Shown here piece by piece: positions 26,450 to 39,117 of a stretch of 57,852 bases of DNA. The notes below the pieces were generated by a model, which was not told where the DNA came from, made no database searches, and was given only the letters and a program-made list of their open reading frames with translations. Every line of letters begins with the position of its first letter. Position 1 is the first letter of the stretch. The position numbers were made by a program, and so were the translations under genes. The DNA comes from Octopus bimaculoides (taxonomy: Eukaryota): positions 26,215,391 through 26,273,242 of the forward strand of contig NC_068981.1 of the NCBI RefSeq assembly GCF_001194135.2. The letters run 5' to 3'.

Positions 26450-26509
26450 NNNNNNNNNNNNNNNNNNNNNNNNNNNNNNNNNNNNNNNNNNNNNNNNNNN
26501 NNNNNNNNN

Positions 26510-26553
<44 letters not shown>

Positions 26554-27309
26554 ATCTGGTAAGATCCAGAGCAGTATAGAAAACACATAGTAGAGCCCAA
26601 ATGATTTGAATTTACACTCCGAAATCTTTATCGAGGACTACGATCGCGTGTTAAACATTGACTATAACAGGAATCCAGGCCATCTGATAAGGAGATAATG
26701 ATGCAAAGAAACACGCTTGGGCTTGATATCTAAAATATACACACACACATGCAAGCATACATACATACATACACGTAAATATATATAGGGATATATAGAC
26801 AGCGAGAAACAAAAGCTGAAAATATTCAGAAGAGGAATGTTCATGTATTAATATATTTGCCGAGCAGACTTATAAGGAGTACCAATGATAAAGAAAACTA
26901 AGAGGCGAGAACATGGTATTTCAAGTCCGACAGTTATTTGTGGAGGCTGCGAATTACGTAACAGTTGTAATTTTGGCAGAAGGAGTGTGTAAAAAAAATC
27001 AAGTATATGCAACTATATGCGTGTATGAGTGTGTGTGTCTGTGAGTGTGAATGAGTGTTCGTATGTATGCTCATCAGCTGCAGCCAATTCATAAAATATA
27101 GGGGAAGCAAAACTGTCTATTTTTTTAACTTTCCACCATGTCATCTTTACCCTAAAGTAGAACAGTGTCCAAAATTTTCTATATTCTACTTCACACAAAG
27201 GTTCCCATTCTGTCACTATCTCTTTCACTTTCTCTCTCTCTCTCTCTTTCACTATATGTGTGTGTGTGTGTGTGTATATATATGTTCTCTCTTTACTTTC
27301 GCTTTTTAT

Positions 27310-27462
27310 TTTCTCTTCTTGTTTCTTTGGGTGTTCATTTCTGTGAAAGAGCGTAGGCTCGAAACCTTAAAGACTGTCACTTCCCGAGCGTTAAACTAAT
27401 ATATCTGTTTGTTGTCTACAACATCTGTCTTCGTCTTTCGTCTTTTTTTTTGTGAATTCTCC

Positions 27463-27465
<3 letters not shown>
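27310..27465 (+). repeat. Solo copy of the unit carrying a hammerhead-like motif (family of 43760-44091)
   Basis: TTT CTGTGAAA GAGC GTAG GCTC GAAA CCTT AAAG at 27338-27372, followed by the same CCCGAGCGTTAAACTAATA..GAATTCTCCC body. Confidence 0.7.
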
Positions 27466-27518
<53 letters not shown>

Positions 27519-27535
27519 ATACATGTACACACACA

Positions 27536-28437
27536 CACGAGATGATATCAGAAGGTTCCCGGCCTAGTTTAATTTAAAAAATAACTTATTTACCTAAATT
27601 TTAACACCACCTCCTTCGAATTAATTGCCTTGCGCAACAATACACGGTTCCTACCATTCCTGCCACTTTTGGAATCTGACCTAGAAATCATTTTCCGTAA
27701 GCAAATCAAGGCCCTTCAGCGATTCGCTCTGCATCTTGACAACAGCGTTAAAACGGTAACCTTTGAGCTGCATTTTCCTCTTGAGGAAGATATGCAAGTC
27801 CCGAGTGCTAAGTCTGATGCTAAATAGGGCGGGTGCCGAGGCAATACCACGTTGTTATTGGCGAGAACTGCACGAGTAAAGAGAGCACAGTGAAGAATCC
27901 AATTCTTCGCACCACACAGGTCCGGTGACTTTCACCCAGTGTCCTACTTCAAACACTTGTAAACGTCGCAGTAAATCTTTCGACTGACAGCTGGCGCTGG
28001 GGAAAGATTCCCGATACACAGTATCACATTTCCGGGGATGACACTCGTGACATGTCTTCCAGAACGGTCAACAATTTTCAGGGTTGTTCTTTCGCATTTG
28101 AAGTGCCCTTGCTACTCGAAACATTTAGTAAGACCTATTTGCCTCGTCGCAGTAAGCTTCTCGAAGCATGCACAATGTCTCCACAGCGGACTTGCCAAGT
28201 TTATTGCAGTTTCACGTTGGCTCTTTGTTCCAACGTCCTAGTCATGACAGAATCGCAGACTACACCATAAAGGTTATCACAAAAGTACAAATTTCACAAC
28301 TTGCGAAGTAAATACTGCGTCGTAACTCGGTACACTGCCTTATGAAGGTCAGTGCTAGCTCTCATTGCGCACGCAACCATGTGCTGCCATCTGTTGGCGC
28401 ATTACAAAACTCATCCTGGAACTTTTTCGTACCACCT

Positions 28438-28440
<3 letters not shown>
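27536..28440 (-). mobile_element. Internally deleted mariner element
   Basis: Imperfect TIRs ACGAGATGATATCAGAAGGTTCCCGG and CTGGAACTTTTTCGTACCACCTATA. ATG at 28245 gives MTRTLEQRANVK..RSGR. The C-terminus resembles PDLAP..LKGYRFN..QKWQE..AQGN*FEG. The first catalytic D region is missing. Confidence 0.9.
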
Positions 28441-28480
<40 letters not shown>

Positions 28481-29391
28481 AACAAATTGCTTAATGCATA
28501 TATGCATATATATTTGTGTATATGTGTGTGTATGTCTGTCTGTGTGTGTATGTCTGTCTGTGTGTATGTGCGTGTGTGTGTGTGTGTGTGTTTATACATA
28601 TAAGTTTATACATGTAAACTTTCGTATGTTAACAAAGGGGTGTAAGGTGATTACTCAACACGATATAAAGTTATATAATTTATTGGCAGCTAAAACTTCA
28701 GAAAATGTTATACACCGCTGTCCGGACACTTATGACGTTAGCAGTATCGTCCAAGATCAAAGTAGTGATCTATGAAGATTCATGTGCTAATAAATTATAT
28801 TTATGTATACATATATACATACATATTTACACTCAGACACATACACACACTTTTATATACGTGCATATACATAGAGGATATATATATATATATATATANN
28901 NNNNNNNNNNNNNNNNNNNNNNNNNNNNNNNNNNNNNNNNNNNNNNNNNNNNNNNNNNNNNNNNNNNNNNNNNNNNNNNNNNNNNNNNNNNNNNNNNNNN
29001 NNNNNNNNNNNNNNNNNNNNNNNNNNNNNNNNNNNNNNNNNNNNNNNNNNNNNNNNNNNNNNNNNNNNNNNNNNNNNNNNNNNNNNNNNNNNNNNNNNNN
29101 NNNNNNNNNNNNNNNNNNNNNNNNNNNNNNNNNNNNNNNNNNNNNNNNNNNNNNNNNNNNNNNNNNNNNNNNNNNNNNNNNNNNNNNNNNNNNNNNNNNN
29201 NNNNNNNNNNNNNNNNNNNNNNNNNNNNNNNNNNNNNNNNNNNNNNNNNNNNNNNNNNNNNNNNNNNNNNNNNNNNNNNNNNNNNNNNNNNNNNNNNNNN
29301 NNNNNNNNNNNNNNNNNNNNNNNNNNNNNNNNNNNNNNNNNNNNNNNNNNNNNNNNNNNNNNNNNNNNNNNNNNNNNNNNNNNNNNNNNNN

Positions 29392-29425
<34 letters not shown>

Positions 29426-29509
29426 TGTGTGTGTGTGTGTGAATGTTTATAGGATTTGTGTGCTAGTGACGGTTTGGCGTCTGTGTGTATAAGGGTGAGC
29501 TTCTGTATT

Positions 29510-30290
29510 TATACGCAGAATAAAAATACTAAAAAATTAAGTAAAAGGAATATAGGAATATATAAAGACGTAAAGAGATAGAACGGATTTATGATAAAGA
29601 AAGAAGAGAGAAAGAGACAGATACGCAGGTGATGAGAAGGATACTGAAAGAGAGTAAAGAAAAGAGAAGAGTGAGAGAGAGAGGAAGTGGGAGGAAGTGG
29701 GAGGAAGTTGTAGGGAAAGCAAAAGGTGATAAAGCAAATATAAAAAGGTGTAATGAGCCAACCGAATGAAACACTGAGAATAGAAGGAAGATAAAAGGGA
29801 AGGCTAGGAAGATAAACCGTGAGATTATGGAAAGACAGAGAAATTGTGGGAAAAGAGAAGAGGAAGGTGAATGAAGGTGATAGAAAGGAAGAAAGGAAGA
29901 ACAAAATTAAGGATCATAGAGAGGAAATGAGAGAGCGATGTGAAAATTAGGAATGAAGGGAAGGACAGGAAGGTAAATAAAATCTTGGTGCAGATAGAAA
30001 GAGGGGGTGGGATAGATATAAGGGAAAGAGGAGAGAGAGAGAGAGGTGAAAAGAGAGAAGGAGGGGTTGGTTGGGAAATTTTAGGGAAGGTAGAAAAAGG
30101 CAAGAATAAAAGATGGACGTCTTTGACGAGAAAGATTTATTTTTTGATTCGGGTGAGAGAGAGAGAGAGAGAGAGAGAGGCAGACAGACATACAGAAAAG
30201 CAGAGGAGAGGGATAAATTATTTGAGAGAAGATGATCAAATGCACAGGGATGAGGAAGCTGAAGGTGCTAGCGGATGTTAGTGAAGTAAT
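29510..30290 (+). repeat. Purine-rich low-complexity tract
   Basis: About 780 nt dominated by G and A on the plus strand, with no regular period. Confidence 0.8.
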
Positions 30291-30434
30291 ATCTAAGGCG
30301 GCAAATGTCTGATTTCTGGGAGTGTTGGTATTTATTCTGTTTCTGAATTCTTAGTTCAAAATAATTGAAATTATCTTCGCTTTCCATTCTTTGAGGATCG
30401 ATAAATAAAATATCTATCCTGCAACGGGATCGAT

Positions 30435-30519
<85 letters not shown>

Positions 30520-31200
30520 CCTTCCCTCTCTTAATCTCTCTCAGTTTGTGTTGCATCTCTCTCTTTCTGGAAGAAATCAACTCAGGTAAAATATAAATAT
30601 ACCAAAATAATACCGTATGTCATGAAGACACCCCTATGGTACCACCAAGAGTTTAGGGCTCGAGGCAAAGGAAATGAGAAAACGGAAGAGATGCTTATAA
30701 AACAGTTATACGTTAAAATAGTAATGGGGCACAAGGCTAGGAATAAGGACGAATGTTAAAATCATGTGTCAACAAAACTAATCCGATACTCATCGCATAC
30801 AAGTAGGGTTTCACGTATGTAATAATTTCCGTCGTCATTATACATGCAACCAGTAGTCACAAACTCTTTTAATTGGAATTTAAAAGCAATACACCGAGCA
30901 AGTGAGATAGCTCCAATAAAACCGGATAATAGAAAAATTAGAAAAATAAAGATTACGGAGATGCGAGTGGGTCATGTTTTGAAAGTCGATGAGCGAAGGC
31001 AATGGACAAATTGTCTATCTTCTGAGCACAAATTCCATCGAGGTCAATTTTGCCTTTCATCCTTTCGGGGTCGATAAAATAGTATCGGTTAATCGACTTA
31101 CCTTCAGCCCCGAAATTTTGGTCGTGTGCTATAATTTGAAACCAATCTTAGAACAATTCAGCGAGGAATAGTCTATTCGACAGTGTATATTTGTATACAT

Positions 31201-31276
<76 letters not shown>

Positions 31277-31926
31277 TCAGACATATTCAGGGAATAGAGT
31301 GATGACATATTGGCAAATGGCACTACTTCGGGAGTTGAATAGCAGCCAAACTTCATTAACGATATACCCTACTGTCTTGCAAAAGGGAAAATAATGTGGA
31401 GACAGCATATCTAAATAAAAGATGAGGTCTTCACAGCTGGAATGACTTTGACCTAAGGTCTGCTAAATTAAGCCTTAGGTCTGAATTAGAGATAAAAAGA
31501 AAACAGCATTCACAATGACGGAAACATAAACTAACCTACAGTCACATCGTAGATACCTCGTCCGATTCGACAAGTATTCGGTTTATTCAGTTACTTGATC
31601 AGCTGATTCTGTTAAATTTTCATATAAATGGCTGAATATGCCAGAGTATCATATACTTGCAGTATAATTTTCAGGTTGTATCTGAGTAGGGCAGTATATA
31701 AGCTAGACCTATGAATAACAGAGAGAATCCAAGCGATAGTTTCCGTCAACCTAATGGCAATCACTACTTGGGTTAATCTGAGGCTATGACAAAAGGCGTT
31801 TTACCAAGAAACCGAACAGTTAGGAAGTTAGATGTCCCGGATTGAACCGGGATCAACGAACTTCTTACAATTCGGCCATGCATGTGTCCACACAGATTTG
31901 TAGACAAAGATACTTACACTCAACAT

Positions 31927-32232
31927 CAGCGGTTCTCAACCGGGTCCCTATGATTTGTGGCACCATATAAAATTTGAAGAGTCCATGCAATCAAAGTAGT
32001 AAATCGGGAGTCTGTATACTTGTTAAGAATCCAGACGTATTTATTGCGGGAATCAACTATGCTTCTTTCTTTAACGCTTTACACTGTTCGCCAGGTTTCC
32101 GGCCACTTTACACGAGTGAATAAAGGAAAAGCAAAACAGGATTTCGAAAGAAAAACATCACATGCCTTGAGGTTCACCAGTGTAGATAGTAATCAAAGGG
32201 GTCCATAGATAAAATATCGTTGAGGACCATTG
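31927..32232. mobile_element. hAT-type MITE
   Basis: Ends CAGCGGTTCTCAAC and GTTGAGGACCATTG form an imperfect TIR of the CAGTGGTTCTCAA type; no clean 8-bp TSD remains. Confidence 0.55.
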
Positions 32233-33327
32233 CTATATAGCAATACCAAACCATGAACCTAAAAATGCACAGCTGGATACAGAGAAACTCAATCACACAC
32301 ACGCCCACACAAAAGCAGAGTTATATACGGCCCACGTTTCCACAGTAAATACAGATATATATGAATACACACACGTCCATGCACACAAACAGTTTTATAT
32401 AACCGAAATAAAAGCGGCAAATATAGGTATAAATGCACACGTTCACAAACTCACACACACATATATCCACGCGTGCACCGCACACGCATGTATATAAACG
32501 GCCCAAATACATATGCAAATATGAATATAAATACACGCATAAACTGATTTACCACACACAGATACATGCACACACACACAGAGTGACACACAGGCACACA
32601 AACACATACACAATACCACATTTAAACGATATCAATGCGGTTGCTTGACCTACAAGAGATATCAAACAAATCTCTCACAAATCCCATCTTATCATCATAA
32701 ATAAAGGGAAAAGAGACAACGCAGTTTCTTTGATGTGCCAAATGATTAGAAAGTCATGCTTGGCGCGCCTTGGCAGCACGGTAAGCGCTAACTTATATTC
32801 AACGTACAAATACATAATCCGAGAAACGCATGCATGCACATGGAATAACAATACACTCATGTTACATACACACACGCACATTCTCTCTCTCTCTCCTCTT
32901 CTCTCTTTCCAACTATCTTTTTCCTTCTATTTCTCTCTGGCATACATGCGGAAAGTCAAGCAACAGACTCGCTCATAGAAGATTCACACTATCACACACA
33001 CACACACACACACACAAAGTTATACGCACGCGCGCACACACAACATACACACAAAAAACAGCACGTGCAAACGCACGCAAATATTTGTGCCTGTTTAATA
33101 AGCACATCATAGGAATATGATTTATGTCAAGGATTAAGAAAGGATAAAAGTGATGGATGTACATATATACATCCATCTGTACATACACATATAGATGTGC
33201 ATATCTATGTATGTATATATATGTATGCATAAATAAATGTATATATACATAAGTATATATATACATATATAGGTTATATACATATATGCATGTAAATATA
33301 CATAAGTATAGACATATACACATATAG

Positions 33328-33396
<69 letters not shown>

Positions 33397-33442
33397 CACA
33401 TATAGATATACACATATATATACGTATACATACATACATACA

Positions 33443-33488
<46 letters not shown>

Positions 33489-33974
33489 CATATATGTGTG
33501 TAAACATATACATATACATATACATATACACGGTGGTGCTCCAGCATGACCGCAGCCACTTGGCTGAAACCCATAAATAAATAAATAAATAAATATATGT
33601 ATACATATACATTCATTTATATATACTCATTTTCATACACACACACATATATATATATAATCTTTACATTTATATATATATATATATAAACGNNNNNNNN
33701 NNATTTTCATACACACACACATATATATATATAATCTTTACATTTATATATATATATATATAAACGTATTTGCATGTATGCTTTTATATATCTCTAATTA
33801 ACATTCTCCATATAGACAATATCACACATCACACGCCAATTCATAATCGTAAAGGTATCCAAAACTCCCTGAAGGACATCCGCTACATATACAACACCTT
33901 GCAACGTTCTTATTAATTGCCTTTTTTGTTCCAATTCTTTCTATCACTTTCTTCTCACGCATATTCTCTCCCTC

Positions 33975-34049
<75 letters not shown>

Positions 34050-34295
34050 CTCTCTCTCTGCCTCCCTCTCTCTCTTTATTCGTGTTTATCTCAATAATGC
34101 ATGACCGACTACTTAAACTACAATAACGCTTCCTTATAAATCAACAATTTCCGCTTAACAAAGAAATTATCTCTGCTTGCCTCTGTCATCATTCTTCTCA
34201 TTATCTTTATCATCATCATTGTCATCATTATCGTCGTCGTCACAGCAGCAGCAACATTATCAACGACGGTCAATAATAACAATAAAAATATAAAT

Positions 34296-34846
34296 ATTAT
34301 TATTATTATTATTATTATTCAGTAGTTTTATTTTTATAACGTGCTTTCACTTCACTACCGAGCGCAGCTCTGTGCGCCTTGGGTATGTGCTGTGGTTTGC
34401 TGTGGTGCTCTTATGTTTACTGTATTGAAAGTGTTTTGCGTAGAATGTGTGCAGTACCCAGTAGTGCAATTTTCTGTATGTTATATATATTTGTAAGTCC
34501 TGGTGTTTTTGTTATGTATTTGTCTGAATATTTTTTTATTATACCTAAGGCACCTACTATGATAGGAATTGTTTCTGTTTTTAGATTCCACATTCGAGTT
34601 ATCTCTATTTCCAGGTCTTTGTATTTNNNNNNNNNNAACATCAATTAGAAGGCATTTTTTTCCTTCATGATCTTTGACAACTATATCTGGTCTATTTGCC
34701 TTAATTTCTCTATCTGTGTGTATTGGCATATCCCAGAGTATGGTTGCTTTCTCGTTTTCTGTGACCTTTTCTGGCGTGTGTTTATACCATCTTTTTTCTG
34801 TTGCTATTCCATAATGTTGGCATAGCTTCCAGTGTATATAGGTCTT
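34296..34846 (-). mobile_element. R4/Dong-clade non-LTR retrotransposon, 5'-truncated, restriction-like endonuclease domain
   Basis: YIHWKLCQHYG..ILWDMPIHTDREIKANRPDIVVKD..CLLIDV and KYKDLEIEITRMWNLK..IQKIALLGTAHILRKTL (RPD..D..E..KY motif), short 3' UTR, (AAT)n tail. Confidence 0.9.
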
Positions 34847-34915
34847 ATTAACATTCTCCATATAGACAATATCACACATCACACGCCAATTCATAATCGT
34901 AAAGGTATCCAAAAC

Positions 34916-34967
<52 letters not shown>

Positions 34968-34986
34968 CATTGAGAGGTTGATAGTA

Positions 34987-35041
<55 letters not shown>

Positions 35042-35099
35042 CGTGATCACTAAGAAAGCCCTAAAATCTATTGAGGTTAACGTTTAATTCTAACTGTAC

Positions 35100-35570
35100 T
35101 GGAACATTGCCTATCTAACAATAACATAACAAGCAGAAGAAATTATTGAAACAAGAGACTAACCTGAAGTGTAATCTATGCAACGAAGACAATAAAGCGA
35201 TCAGCCGGGTGATTTCTAACTGCGCAGTCCTTGCAAAATCCACTCTTTAGAGAGTTTCTCCAGAGATACGATTAATTTGGCTTCTCTATTTATTGAGCTG
35301 AGAGTTTGAAGTAAAATGCGACCTGGTAATGATATGTCTGTGACATTCTTGTCCCAGACATGCCATGGGAGTCAAAGCGAATCATTTTGATGACAATTTG
35401 AAGAACAGGAGTTAATTATCTTCTCTCCGATGCACATCTAGATTTCCTCTGACTAAAATATCGCTCGAACAAAAATCGAGAATGATTGAAGAAATTTAAA
35501 ATGGAAACAAACAATGATACCAATAGCAAGTGGAACATTAGATATAATAAAGAATAAAATGAACAAAACG
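35100..35570 (+). mobile_element. Older R4/Dong-type fragment in the opposite orientation
   Basis: TNLKCNLCNEDNKAISRVISNCAVLAKS (decayed CCHC region) and MIPIASGTLDIIK (cf. TIPIIVGALGIIKK in the younger copy). Confidence 0.6.
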
Positions 35571-35619
35571 CTTTTGTTATTACTTTTAATTGTTATTATA
35601 TACGTTTTTGATTGTTATT

Positions 35620-36462
35620 ATACATGTTCCATCCAATAAAATGACATGTAACTTACTCCCAGGAAAACAACAGACGGTATTATAATACGTCCGCCAATCA
35701 CCAAGCTGCATTTCCCCCAATTGCTATTTAATGATGTAATACCACACGTGACCTGTTAGAAAAATTGTTATTATTTTTAAGTCTATCATTCTTGTTCTTT
35801 TTATGTTCATTTACATTTTAAACACCTCTAAAATGTATCCACTCATTTCACAAATAAATATGTATCGTAGTAAATCGAAGTCTTTCAAATTACTTTATTA
35901 TATGTATATCACATATCTGATGGCCTACCGTATAGAAGTGTCCCTGAAATCTTTGCTGCAGCCATTTTGTTGATAAGCATCATCAGCGTCAACATCTTCC
36001 ATCTATTTCTGTATATGATGATTACTTCTAAATCTTGCATCTGAATAAAATAGGCTTGCTGAGGAGATGCAATAATGAATAACACGTTAAAGCCAACTGC
36101 TTTCAACGGTTTGCTTTAAAGACACTATTGACTTCGTCCATCTGCATCGTCTTTATTTCCTAAAGTTTTCAACGAGTTCATTTTATATCTGTTATCTCCA
36201 GAATCCTTTTTAACTTCTAAACAACCCTATCACAAAGCAAATATCACTATACAAGAAGCACATATTCTAAATGATTACAACGCAATAATATAACACAATC
36301 CACTCACCACATATTCCATACATGTTCCATCCAATAAAATGACATGTAACTTACTCCAAAATAAACGACAGATGATATTATAAAACGTCCGCGAATCGCC
36401 AAGTTGCATTTCCCTCAATTGCTATTTAATGATGTAATACCACACATCACCAGTTAGAAAAA
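35620..36462. repeat. Diverged direct repeat of about 145 bp (35620-35765 and 36318-36462)
   Basis: About 40 identical nt, followed by 96 nt with 14 mismatches and no indels. Confidence 0.9.
35657..35752 (-). other. Candidate 96-nt phase-0 exon within the duplicated segment
   Basis: TTTTTCTAACAG acceptor and GGA|GTAAGT donor; open only in frame 0 (VTCGITSLNSNWGKCSLVIGGRIIIPSVVFLG). Confidence 0.2.
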
Positions 36463-36648
36463 GCAGTCAAATCCCTCCTCAAATCACACCCTGTAATCTT
36501 ATAAAAGAAATAACACGTTGGATAATATAATTGTAGATATATTTATAAAGACGAGATGGTCAGGACTAGAATGCTTTCGATCTTAGATTGACCTGAAGTT
36601 AGACAACGTGAATCACAATCAACACAGCCGACTGGACAGAATATAGAT

Positions 36649-36890
36649 TCAGCATGTGTGGTATGTCAAAGAAGACACCAAGGTTTCGGCTGCGTGTTGT
36701 AAAAGGCGGCGAAAACATGCTGAGTTACGATTTGCACTCCAACCTAGTAAAAGCCTCACCAGCAATGACTACCCAAAATAGACCCATGGGTTGGTGGCGG
36801 GGGTTGTCACCTGAGTGGTGTCATCTGCCCGGAATAGGGAATCATCAGCAAACGGTGGATGCCGCGACGCTTTCTTACAGCGTATACACC

Positions 36891-36934
<44 letters not shown>

Positions 36935-36944
36935 NNNNNNNNNN

Positions 36945-36990
<46 letters not shown>
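36649..36990 (+). mobile_element. Short (CTA)n-tailed retroposon-like element, possibly RTE-derived
   Basis: GC-richer 240 nt starting with a foldable segment containing TGCGTGTTGTAAAAGGCGGCGAA and ending in (CTA)n. The family assignment is from memory of RTE 5' ends. Confidence 0.35.
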
Positions 36991-37026
36991 CCGGTATTGT
37001 ATTACCTAGCAATACTAATACAATGG

Positions 37027-37262
37027 AGGAGCGTGGCTTAGTGGTTAGGGCGTCAGCATCATGATCGTAGTTTCGATTCCTGGACCGGGCGACGCGTTGT
37101 GTTCTTGAGCAAAACACTTCATTTTCCGTCGCTCCAGTCCACTCAGATGGCAAAAATGAGTAACGCTGCGATGGACTGGCATCCCGTCCAGCTGAGGAAC
37201 ACATATGCCATTGAAACCGGGAAACCCGGCCCATGACGCTGGTTAGGCTTTAAAATGGCGCA
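37027..37262 (+). mobile_element. SINE family D, tRNA-like head (other copies near 38645-38730 and 39630-39790)
   Basis: A box TGGCTTAGTGG, B box GTTTCGATTCC, shared GGCGACGCGTTGTGTTCTT(G/C)AGCAAAA body. Confidence 0.8.
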
Positions 37263-37732
37263 TTTATTATTTTTTTTACAAATACAATACACATGAAACA
37301 ATTGCTTTCCAAAAAAGTATCACCAGTCGCAGTAATAGACCATGGACATTCGTAAAACAATCAATGAAACACTAAATTGACACCCGAAAAAGACAATGAA
37401 GCAAAACAAAACTGATGCGTTTATAAGTACAGTTATGCGCCCTTAGAAGACAATACTACGTAGAGCACAACAACGTAGACGTGTGTCTGATTGCTCTGTA
37501 GGAACTTGCATGAATTAGCTCAAAGCGTGATGATGAAAATAATGGTGATGACAATGATGATGATGAGAAGGGTGAAGAGAATGATGACGACGACGACGAC
37601 AACAAAAACAACAGTACTTAGTAAAAATGAATTCAAATTTTGGCACAAAGCCAGCAATCTTGGAACAGATGTAAGTCGGTTACATCGTCCCAAATATGCC
37701 TGCACATCATAAACTACAGTAAATCGAACCCT

Positions 37733-37791
<59 letters not shown>

Positions 37792-37850
37792 NNNNNNNNN
37801 NNNNNNNNNNNNNNNNNNNNNNNNNNNNNNNNNNNNNNNNNNNNNNNNNN

Positions 37851-37885
<35 letters not shown>

Positions 37886-38310
37886 AGTAAAATGATTTTT
37901 TTTTCTGAAAACAAGAAACTTTGTGTAAGATTATAATATGAGGGTACATTGCAAAGTGAAATTAAGAAAAGGTTACTGGTTTACACTGAATAAAATATGA
38001 GAAAGGAGACATGTAAACTACAGCGTAGAAAAGATGAGGAAATTAAACCTGCAGATAGGACTGTAGTCATCCTAAAGACCACAGAGTTTTCTTTTTTTTG
38101 CACTAAGGGCATATGAAACTCTCTCGCAGCTATGTTGTGCATACTGATAGACTTTCGATTATCTCGAGCCAATGTCATGCACTTTGCAACAATAACATAA
38201 GCAACTCTATATACGCTTTGTAATCTATTGGAACCAAACTCGCTTCAGAAAGTGACAAGGTTAAAATTATACGGGAATTTAGTATTAAGAGAAACTGCTA
38301 GAGAACTTAC

Positions 38311-38406
38311 AGCTATCTTGACGTAAATGCTCGTGTCAAACGTGAGTGTAGTTTTTAAATTACCGCCATAAGATACTAAATGACTATAATGTTGTATAGA
38401 AACCAG
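38311..38406 (-). other. Candidate 96-nt phase-0 exon
   Basis: TTTGTTATCTTTCCAG acceptor and GCT|GTAAGT donor; open only in frame 0 (LVSIQHYSHLVSYGGNLKTTLTFDTSIYVKIA). No family recognised. Confidence 0.25.
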
Positions 38407-39117
38407 CTGGAAAGATAACAAATTACAGACATAGCTGTTCAATTAAAACAAATGGCTAGAGTAATTAAAGAATGTGTCCATCAATGCTCTTATTGTTACA
38501 ATTGGAGTGATGTTATACCTGTGTCTGAGTAGACATTGTTAGATAATCTATAATAATAATAATAAACTTACGACAGTTCTACAGAATAGCAATGCCAGAA
38601 TTGTAAATAGCTTTTGCGCATTCTCTTAAGTGGTATGTAAAGCTTGGAAAACTCAGGGTTGTAAGATTTGGGTTTCAATTCCTGGAGTAGGCGACGTGAT
38701 GTGTTCTTCAGCAAAAACATTTCATTTCAAATATTTTGATGTAAGAAAAGAAATTCTCCTTGTATTCCTGAAATCATGATAATCTTACAAGTACACACAC
38801 ACACACTGACACACACACATATACGTATATATAAATATATATATATACAGAATGGAATGAACAGAACAGGCGGAGACATATGGAAAGGAGAGTCGCTGAA
38901 GAGGTCACAAGAAGTGTGACGAACGATTTCTAGACAAAGTGCAAAAAATAAGAAAAATAATAAATTTGATAATGAACTATCTTTTTGAATGAATAATTCA
39001 ATAAAATAGCAACATCTTTAAAATACTAATTATAATATCATTTGAAAAAAATATTACATCAATTGTTCATTCTCAACTGCATTTTTATTCCCAAAGCACA
39101 GTTTATTTTCTACATAC

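Noticed and set aside
33626-33770. Direct repeat of about 65 bp on either side of a 10-N gap
   Set aside because: Typical overlapping contig ends left unmerged; an assembly artefact.
34847-34912. N-terminus MDTFTIMNWRVMCDIVYMENVNK of the R4 ORF
   Set aside because: Encoded by the 70-bp duplicated flank, not by the retrotransposon.
37027-37085. tRNA-like sequences (also the heads of SINE A and B)
   Set aside because: A and B boxes are present but there is no full cloverleaf, and each continues into a SINE body.
37936-38196. Possible MITE bounded by TTGCAAAGTG and CACTTTGCAA
   Set aside because: Only a 10-bp inverted match, and the outer ends disagree; insufficient support.
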